From Gammaproteobacteria bacterium (GTDB lineage Bacteria > Pseudomonadota > Gammaproteobacteria > CAJXQU01), in contig CBDDAG010000001.1 of NCBI GenBank assembly GCA_965224825.1, positions 691,598-755,597 on the forward strand: a stretch of DNA of 64,000 nt, given 5' to 3'. Of the stretch, positions 58,005 to 64,000 are shown piece by piece. How positions within the stretch are numbered: the stretch's first letter is position 1; each line of letters opens with the position of its first letter. A model generated the notes under the pieces. That model searched no databases and was not told the DNA's origin. It saw only the letters and a program-made list of their open reading frames with translations. The translations under genes and the position numbers were made by a program.

Positions 58005-60020
58005 TCAAGACAATGAATCTACACCAAAAGGTTGGGGTGCGACTGGAATGGTCGCGTTTCCTGGATTAGTTTTTTCTGATCGAGTAACAATAGAACACAC
58101 TTGATTACGACCTTTTGACTTGGCTTCATAGACACCAATATCAGCAGCTTTAAGTAAATCGTGATAATTAAGATCTTGATCACAGCGTGTGGCCAGACCG
58201 ATACTGATAGTTACTTTTATTTCATTGTCACGAACTAGAACAGGTAAATCTTCTACGGCCAAACGTAATCGTTCAGCAGTAGATTCTGCTGCAATCATGT
58301 CTGTATTTGCACAGATCACCAGAAACTCTTCACCACCAATACGACAGACTTCATCATCAACTCGCGCTGCATTTCGTAGTCGTTGAGCTATTTCATAGAG
58401 AACAGAATCACCTGCATCGTGCCCATATTGATCGTTGATATTTTTAAATAAATCAATGTCTATTAACATGCAGCTAAGTGTCGTTTGAACACGATCAGAA
58501 GCTGCCCATTCCTGTTCCAGACGACTGGTTGCATAACGACGATTAGGAATGTTTGTTAGCGAATCTGTTAATGCTGCTTGCTCAAGATGTTTATTGGCTA
58601 TTGCCAATTCAGCAAGGATCCGGCGGTTCTCATGACGCTCCTCTTTGATGGTTTGCTGCAATTGGAAAATGCGTTGACCACCACGAATTCTTGCTTTGAC
58701 GATATTTGGACGAACAGGTTTTTCGATATAATCATCAGCGCCAGCTTTGAATGTTTTTATCAGTGATTCTTCATTGGTTTTTGCCGTGAGAACGATGATG
58801 TACATTTTCTGGCCTATACGAGTTTTTCGTAGTGCACGACATAATTCAAGGCCATCCATTCCGGGCATCAGTAGATCTGTGATCAGCAATTGGGGGGTGC
58901 TTTCCAGCGCAATTTGTAAGGCTTCTTTGCCATTCTTAGCAATCGTAACCTTATGCCCTGCATCGGATAATTGTTTATAAAGCAGAGCTGATGTATCTAG
59001 ATCATCATCCACGATCAAAACGTCTAACCCGATCTCCTGGGTTTGATCCAGATCAATCAGTTCAGGCCTGATGTCGAATTCCTGGCTGGCCTTTTTATAA
59101 TCCGCTGATTCGTGTACAGGCACTTCTAATAATTGGCTCCAATCTTTCCAGATACTTAATGTATTCTCAAAAATTTCTTCCAGTTCATCGGAACCGATAC
59201 CTGCTTTGATAGTTTCTTTTTCGAGCGAACGATAAAGCGGATGATCATTTGAAGAACCCTCAATACAGAACGTAGCGATTCTGGCTGAAAAATTTAGATA
59301 TTGTGCAAGCGATCTTGTTCTCGGATTTTTGCTGGTCAGTTTATCTGATTCATACATTCCATAGATCGAATCATAATGAACTTCTGGCAAGCCCCAGTCT
59401 TTCAGCATCGCGCGAGCCATTTCCAGATGATCAGTGTAAAACTCTTTTTGCTCTGCCATCAGAAGTTCATTGATCGGCTTGTCGCCATAAGATTCAAGAA
59501 TTTCACTGTATTGATCTGGGTAAACATTGGCAAAACCAAGGCGACCCACATTACTTAAAAGTCCTACGGTAAATGCTTCATCTCTGGGAAACAGTCTCTC
59601 TCTTTCGCTCAGTAATTCTGTACTGATCCCCATCGCCAGTGAAAAAGACCAGAAGTTCTGATAATCAAAGGCCAGGCATTCGCCTTCCATATTGGTTGAT
59701 AAAACAGACAAACCCAACGTGATATGGCGCGTTACCCCAGGACCAACTCGTGAAATTGTTTCTGACAAGGAAACCGTCGGTCTTGAGTTGTCATTATTAT
59801 CGCTGAATGAATTTGCCAGTTTGATCAAACGACCAGCTAATGCGGGATCAGCCTGAATAGTGCTAGTGATATCGGCATTTGAAACCTGCCGGTTTTGAAG
59901 ATGTTCCAGAACATTCAGCGCGACTCCAGTAGGAGAGGGTAGATCTCCAGTGGCTTTTAGCTCCAGGAATCGATTTTCAGATAATTTTGACATGGTCACT
60001 ATAGCGGCAAATTGGTACAC
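58005..60020 (-). CDS. HDOD-receiver-GGDEF response-regulator diguanylate cyclase
   Basis: N-terminal HDOD domain, REC domain (VLIVDDD...D...K), and GGDEF with an intact RIGGEEF. Confidence 0.8.
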   Translation of the reverse strand: MYQFAAIVTMSKLSENRFLELKATGDLPSPTGVALNVLEHLQNRQVSNADITSTIQADPALAGRLIKLANSFSDNNDNSRPTVSLSETISRVGPGVTRHITLGLSVLSTNMEGECLAFDYQNFWSFSLAMGISTELLSERERLFPRDEAFTVGLLSNVGRLGFANVYPDQYSEILESYGDKPINELLMAEQKEFYTDHLEMARAMLKDWGLPEVHYDSIYGMYESDKLTSKNPRTRSLAQYLNFSARIATFCIEGSSNDHPLYRSLEKETIKAGIGSDELEEIFENTLSIWKDWSQLLEVPVHESADYKKASQEFDIRPELIDLDQTQEIGLDVLIVDDDLDTSALLYKQLSDAGHKVTIAKNGKEALQIALESTPQLLITDLLMPGMDGLELCRALRKTRIGQKMYIIVLTAKTNEESLIKTFKAGADDYIEKPVRPNIVKARIRGGQRIFQLQQTIKEERHENRRILAELAIANKHLEQAALTDSLTNIPNRRYATSRLEQEWAASDRVQTTLSCMLIDIDLFKNINDQYGHDAGDSVLYEIAQRLRNAARVDDEVCRIGGEEFLVICANTDMIAAESTAERLRLAVEDLPVLVRDNEIKVTISIGLATRCDQDLNYHDLLKAADIGVYEAKSKGRNQVCSIVTRSEKTNPGNATIPVAPQPFGVDSLS

Positions 60021-60050
60021 TTCTTAAGAAATTCAGAGAAAGGAACGATC

Positions 60051-60971
60051 ATGTCAGCATCAGGTTCAAAAACAGCAATTTTCGCAGCACTAGCAGGCAA
60101 TGCTTTGGTGGCCGTTACAAAGTTCGTCGCAGCCAGTATTACCGGAAGTTCTGCAATGTTTTCCGAAGGTATTCACTCTGTGATCGACACAGGAAATCAG
60201 GGCTTATTACTTTATGGCATTAAAAAAGCCGAGAAGCCAGCCGATGAAGACTTTCCGTTTGGGCATGGGAAAGAAATCTATTTCTGGAGTTTCGTAGTTG
60301 CAATCCTGATCTTTGCGGTCGGAGCGGGCATGTCGATATATGGAGGTATCCATCATATTATTCATCCGGAGCCGATGGAGAGCGTCATGGTGAACTATAT
60401 TGTTCTCGCCCTGGCTTTTCTTTTTGAAGGTGCTGTTTTTCTCGTTGCTCTAAAAGAATTCAATAAAGTTAGAGGTGAATGGGGATTTTTTGAAGCAGTA
60501 AAACGTGGAAAAGATCCTTCATTATTTGTCGTTTTGTTCGAAGACTTTGCGGCAACGCTTGGATTAGTGGTCGCAGCACTCGGAATTTTTCTTTCACAAA
60601 CCACCGGCATTCTTGAGTTCGATGGTATTGCCTCCGTGATCATTGGCTTGATATTAGGAGCCACTGCTTTCTGGTTGGCGGTCGAAACCAAAGGTTTATT
60701 GATCGGTGAACGGGCAGGGCGAGGAGTCGTTGCTGGAATCAGAGAAATCGTTACAGCCAGACCAGAAATTGATCATGTTAATGAAGTACTCACCATGCAC
60801 ATGGGGCCAGATTTTATTTTGCTCAACATCAGTGCAACCTTTGTCGATTCAGCAAAAGCATCTGACATTGAAGAAGCGATTGAGGCTGTTAGCGTTCAGA
60901 TCAAAGAAGATTATCCTGAAGTGAAACGGATCTTTGTTGAAGCAGAAGCGGAACATCGAAAGATTGTCTAA
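60051..60971 (+). CDS. cation diffusion facilitator (CDF) family metal efflux transporter
   Basis: 6 TM helices with HSVIDTGNQ in TM2 (metal site), plus a C-terminal cytoplasmic domain. Confidence 0.8.
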   Translation: MSASGSKTAIFAALAGNALVAVTKFVAASITGSSAMFSEGIHSVIDTGNQGLLLYGIKKAEKPADEDFPFGHGKEIYFWSFVVAILIFAVGAGMSIYGGIHHIIHPEPMESVMVNYIVLALAFLFEGAVFLVALKEFNKVRGEWGFFEAVKRGKDPSLFVVLFEDFAATLGLVVAALGIFLSQTTGILEFDGIASVIIGLILGATAFWLAVETKGLLIGERAGRGVVAGIREIVTARPEIDHVNEVLTMHMGPDFILLNISATFVDSAKASDIEEAIEAVSVQIKEDYPEVKRIFVEAEAEHRKIV

Positions 60972-60979
60972 TAAGTTTT

Positions 60980-61402
60980 TTAGCCCATAACATTGGCAAA
61001 TGCTGTGGTAAAAGGTGCTTCCTGAAAAGCTTTTAATCCTGTTTCTTTGAAGTCGACAGGTATCGGATTTTTTTGCAGAATACTTTTGATCTCCTGCGAA
61101 GAAATAAGATCAACCTCGATTTCTTCGATCAGCTGAATAGCCGCTTCCATCTTAAAACCAATCGCGCCACCAGAGAATTTCCCCTTCGGTGGACGTTGGC
61201 GAATGATGACTTTTTCTACCTGATAATCAGCCATCAATTTAGCAAAGGTAAATTGAAACTTTCTTATTTCTTCAGTGCTGTTGATATTTAGTAAAGTGAT
61301 CCGGCGTACCCTACAATCGGGAAGTTCGATCAATCCACTGTTTAATGTAAGAAGACAAATATTCGCTTCGTTACTTTTTATTTCAACACCACAGACTTTC
61401 AT
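60980..61402 (-). CDS. hypothetical protein (possibly DUF3010-like)
   Basis: 140-aa ORF with a reasonable context. Family unclear. Confidence 0.35.
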   Translation of the reverse strand: MKVCGVEIKSNEANICLLTLNSGLIELPDCRVRRITLLNINSTEEIRKFQFTFAKLMADYQVEKVIIRQRPPKGKFSGGAIGFKMEAAIQLIEEIEVDLISSQEIKSILQKNPIPVDFKETGLKAFQEAPFTTAFANVMG

Positions 61403-61769
61403 GACTCACCTCAATTCATTAGAGTGGAGATTATAGCGTTAAAATGCTGGTATGAATGATCGAAAGTGTTTACCTACTCTGATGGTTACTCTTTATTTCA
61501 ATAGCAAGGTTCCAAACCTCGCCATGCAGATGATCTAATTGTTGGTTTATTTCGCCATAGCCATTCTTTGAACCATTGCCAATGATGATATCTGTAAACG
61601 ATCCCATTCCTCCGTAGGTAGACAATTTTTTTATTTCTGCGGAGTTAAAGGCTAACAATAGATTTATTGTTGCCAGACTATTCCTAAAAAGGGGTAGCTC
61701 AGTCTAGCTTCTACCTTGGCATAGATCATGCATTATATTTTTAGTGAACCTTTAACTCTAAATTTCAGG

Positions 61770-63017
61770 AATAAACCAATGTATAAAAAAATTTTATCAG
61801 TAAGCGCCATAACGTGCTTATTTTCTTTGCCAGCACTTGCAGAAAGTGGCGATGCGCTAAAAACATTTTTTGTTGATGATGCTAAAGTCGGAATAGCATT
61901 TCGTTATCGTTTAGAAAATGTGGATCAAGATGGTTTTTCAAAAGATGCAACAGCATCTACTTTGCGTACAACACTCAATTATAAAACCGGCCTCATAAAT
62001 AATTTCTCTGCCACATTAGAGTTTCAGAATATTGCTCATATAGGCAATGATAATTTCAATGATACGCTTAATGGTAAAACACTCTATCCCACAGTTGCTG
62101 ATCCGGAAATCACGGCAGTAAACCAGGCTTATTTAACTTATAGTGGACTTCCTGATACAGATGTGACGGTTGGCCGTAAACACTTTAACTTCGATAATAT
62201 CCGTTTTGTGAACACCAATAACTGGCGTCAGCATCATCAATCTTATGATTCGATTTCAGTGTTGAATAAATCACTCACAGATACGGTCATTAATTATGTT
62301 TATGTATCAAACCTGAATCGTTCAGTGGGCAGCGATCATCCTCTGGGTGATATCGAAACCAACCTACACCTGTTTAATGCCAAATATAGCGGCTGGAAAT
62401 ATGGTGCATTTACTGCTTATAATTATGTATTAGATTTTGAAGAAATGGCTTTTCAAGGTAATTCATCAAGAACTTATGGATTGCGTTTTATAGGTAAAGC
62501 ACCACTAAACGATGGTTTAAATGTTTTATATACAGCAGAGTATGCAACACAATCGGATCATGCTGATAACCCTGCAGACTATGACGCTGACTATTTGTTA
62601 GCTGAATTAGGTCTAGGAGGAAGTAACTGGAGTGTCAAACTGGGTTATGAAGAACTCGAGGCGGATGGTACAAAAGGTCGTTTCACTGCGCCATTAGGTA
62701 CAGGTCATGGGTTCCATGGTTGGGCTGACAAGTTTGTATCTGTTCCATCAACAGGAATAGAAGATACACACTTAAAAGCATCTTATACAATAAAGTCGGA
62801 TACGGGCAGCTTCTTAAATGGAATGAAGTTCGACTTTAGATATCATGATTTTGATGCTAACGAAGGCAGTGCCAATTACGGTAATGAGATCGATATTAAG
62901 ATTTCAAAGAAATTCAAAGATCATTACTCAGCGACGTTTATTTATGCTGATTATGATGCAGAAGATTTCGCCACAGATACCACGAAATTTTGGCTTATTC
63001 TAGGTGCAAAATTTTAG
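61770..63017 (+). CDS. outer-membrane beta-barrel protein / porin (alginate-export-like?)
   Basis: Signal peptide MYKKILSVSAITCLFSLPALA, alternating amphipathic beta strands, and a C-terminal aromatic residue (GAKF). Confidence 0.55.
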   Translation, partial: NKPMYKKILSVSAITCLFSLPALAESGDALKTFFVDDAKVGIAFRYRLENVDQDGFSKDATASTLRTTLNYKTGLINNFSATLEFQNIAHIGNDNFNDTLNGKTLYPTVADPEITAVNQAYLTYSGLPDTDVTVGRKHFNFDNIRFVNTNNWRQHHQSYDSISVLNKSLTDTVINYVYVSNLNRSVGSDHPLGDIETNLHLFNAKYSGWKYGAFTAYNYVLDFEEMAFQGNSSRTYGLRFIGKAPLNDGLNVLYTAEYATQSDHADNPADYDADYLLAELGLGGSNWSVKLGYEELEADGTKGRFTAPLGTGHGFHGWADKFVSVPSTGIEDTHLKASYTIKSDTGSFLNGMKFDFRYHDFDANEGSANYGNEIDIKISKKFKDHYSATFIYADYDAEDFATDTTKFWLILGAKF

Positions 63018-63054
63018 TTAGGAAATTGACGACTTGTTAAATGGAAATATGGAC

Positions 63055-63086
63055 TGCTCGTAAGAACGAGCGGTTCGTTTTCATTT
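63055..63086 (+). terminator. rho-independent terminator of the porin gene
   Basis: gctcgt-aaga-acgagc hairpin followed by a T-rich tract. Confidence 0.45.
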
Positions 63087-63145
63087 TATTAAAACAAGTA
63101 AGCAAAACATTTACCCTAAACTTTTCTAATCAATCGAGTCTGACC

Positions 63146-64000
63146 CTGAGAGATCCCCACGAATTTAGCTTCCATGATACTGCGCCTCCAACGCATAGTC
63201 ATTCAACTTTTCCCTTGCCTGTCGAAACAGAGCAATCGGTATTTTCAACCGCCGGTCAGCGATAGCCCTTAACCCTAAAAACTGGAAGGAGATGACTCGC
63301 TTGTTTTTGATTGAGTTAGCCTGATAATCCCGATGTTTTTTTGCCAAGGTGACGGCAATACCGGTTAAGGTTAAAACCATGTTGGCAAGTGTCGTCAGCA
63401 AAATAAGCACCGACAAACGTCGGAGTGATTGGCTTTTATTTTGCTCAAACCCCAACCCGTACTGTCGGCTTTTCATATCCCTGAAACCTTCCTCTATCTG
63501 CATTCTGGTGCGATAAATATTCACAACACGTCGAGCCAGTGTTGAGTCCAATGGTAATGAGGTACTTAATAACCACGGTGTCTTTGCACCTTTGGCGTGG
63601 ACTTGTGAATGCCTGGAACGTTTAGGGACACCCGAACGGTTCAGGCGATGTCGTCCCCGACTTGTTTGTTTGAAAAGTACCAGACGACAATCCAGCGGAT
63701 TGTTGCGTGTTATTTGTCCCGACAAGACTTTGGGCCGGCTGTTCGCCACCTGATACAGTTCGGTAATACATTGCCAGTGTGTTTGTTGTTCGAGTCGATA
63801 GAAGTTGGGTTGTCGTGTGCGTCCGACAAAATCCCAACCCAAAGCTAACACCGTCCGAAACCAGGGAGTCTTGAACCCCGCATCGGTGACGATAATGGGT
63901 TTGCAATCTTTGTTCAGAGCGATGGCCAGTTGTTTCAGAAACTGATGATGGGTGGCTGGTTTTTCTTTGGTCGTGATGTCATGCACTTCTTCGTAAAGTG
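63146..64000 (-). mobile_element. IS10-like insertion sequence (IS4 family), truncated by the window edge
   Basis: The terminal repeat CTGAGAGATCCCC at 63146 matches the IS10 end consensus as I remember it. The transposase ORF begins inside it. Confidence 0.75.
63165..64000 (-). CDS. IS4-family (IS10-like) DDE transposase, N-terminus beyond the window
   Basis: YRTRMQIEEGFRDMK (Y-2-R-3-E-6-K) signature. The C-terminal region resembles IS10 Tnp as I remember it. The reading frame is open to the window end. Confidence 0.8.
   Translation of the reverse strand, partial: LYEEVHDITTKEKPATHHQFLKQLAIALNKDCKPIIVTDAGFKTPWFRTVLALGWDFVGRTRQPNFYRLEQQTHWQCITELYQVANSRPKVLSGQITRNNPLDCRLVLFKQTSRGRHRLNRSGVPKRSRHSQVHAKGAKTPWLLSTSLPLDSTLARRVVNIYRTRMQIEEGFRDMKSRQYGLGFEQNKSQSLRRLSVLILLTTLANMVLTLTGIAVTLAKKHRDYQANSIKNKRVISFQFLGLRAIADRRLKIPIALFRQAREKLNDYALEAQYHGS

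Noticed and set aside
61470-61658. 62-aa minus-strand ORF upstream of the porin
   Set aside because: No RBS and no recognisable family. The region is more likely the porin promoter/leader.
61688-61710. tRNA-like start GGGGTAGCTCAGTCTAGC upstream of the porin gene
   Set aside because: Only a D-arm-like fragment is present. No anticodon or T-arm (GGTTCGAATCC-type) follows, and a cloverleaf cannot be drawn. It is most likely a chance motif.
1-64000. CRISPR arrays, rRNA and tRNA genes
   Set aside because: No regularly spaced direct repeats and no rRNA- or tRNA-like conserved blocks were seen on reading either strand.

Overview
This 64-kb window looks like a gammaproteobacterial chromosome; the hopanoid hpnH/hpnN/hpnO genes hint at a methanotroph- or Methylococcales-like organism, but that is not proven. 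Most of it is conserved core genes. Positions 1-8952 hold an MSHA-type type IV pilus biogenesis cluster (mshI C-terminus, mshI2/pilN-like, mshJ, mshK, mshL secretin, mshM, mshN, mshE, mshG) that runs straight into aroE. Next come an orphan TRAP dctQM pair flanked by ~90-bp direct repeats carrying a DnaA-box-like TTATCCACA motif, the conserved ksgA-pdxA-surA-lptD block, a GGDEF-EAL protein with a CZB-like zinc domain, an RND efflux pair (MFP plus AcrB-like), cspA, an OafA-type acyltransferase, a secreted MBL-fold hydrolase, and acnB. The main accessory feature is an AT-rich island at ~34.9-38.6 kb. It carries an Ec67/Eco2-like retron: a 588-aa reverse transcriptase fused to a C-terminal Toprim domain, preceded by a 125-nt candidate msr-msd ncRNA bounded by perfect 12-bp inverted repeats (a1/a2) with a sigma70-like promoter. 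A cupin gene and an AAA+ ATPase with a PD-(D/E)xK (DUF4143) C-terminal domain sit beside it. After the island come a saccharopine-dehydrogenase/DUF2269/membrane operon, a GlcD-like FAD oxidase, rng-yhdP, a small orphan PEP-CTERM protein, and dxs. A hopanoid cluster follows (hpnH, MlaC-like hpnM, mlaA/vacJ, a 17-kDa-antigen-family lipoprotein, hpnN RND transporter, hpnO aminotransferase). The window ends with an HDOD-REC-GGDEF protein, a CDF transporter, an outer-membrane beta-barrel, and a partial IS10-like (IS4 family) element running off the edge. I saw no rRNA, tRNA or CRISPR array.
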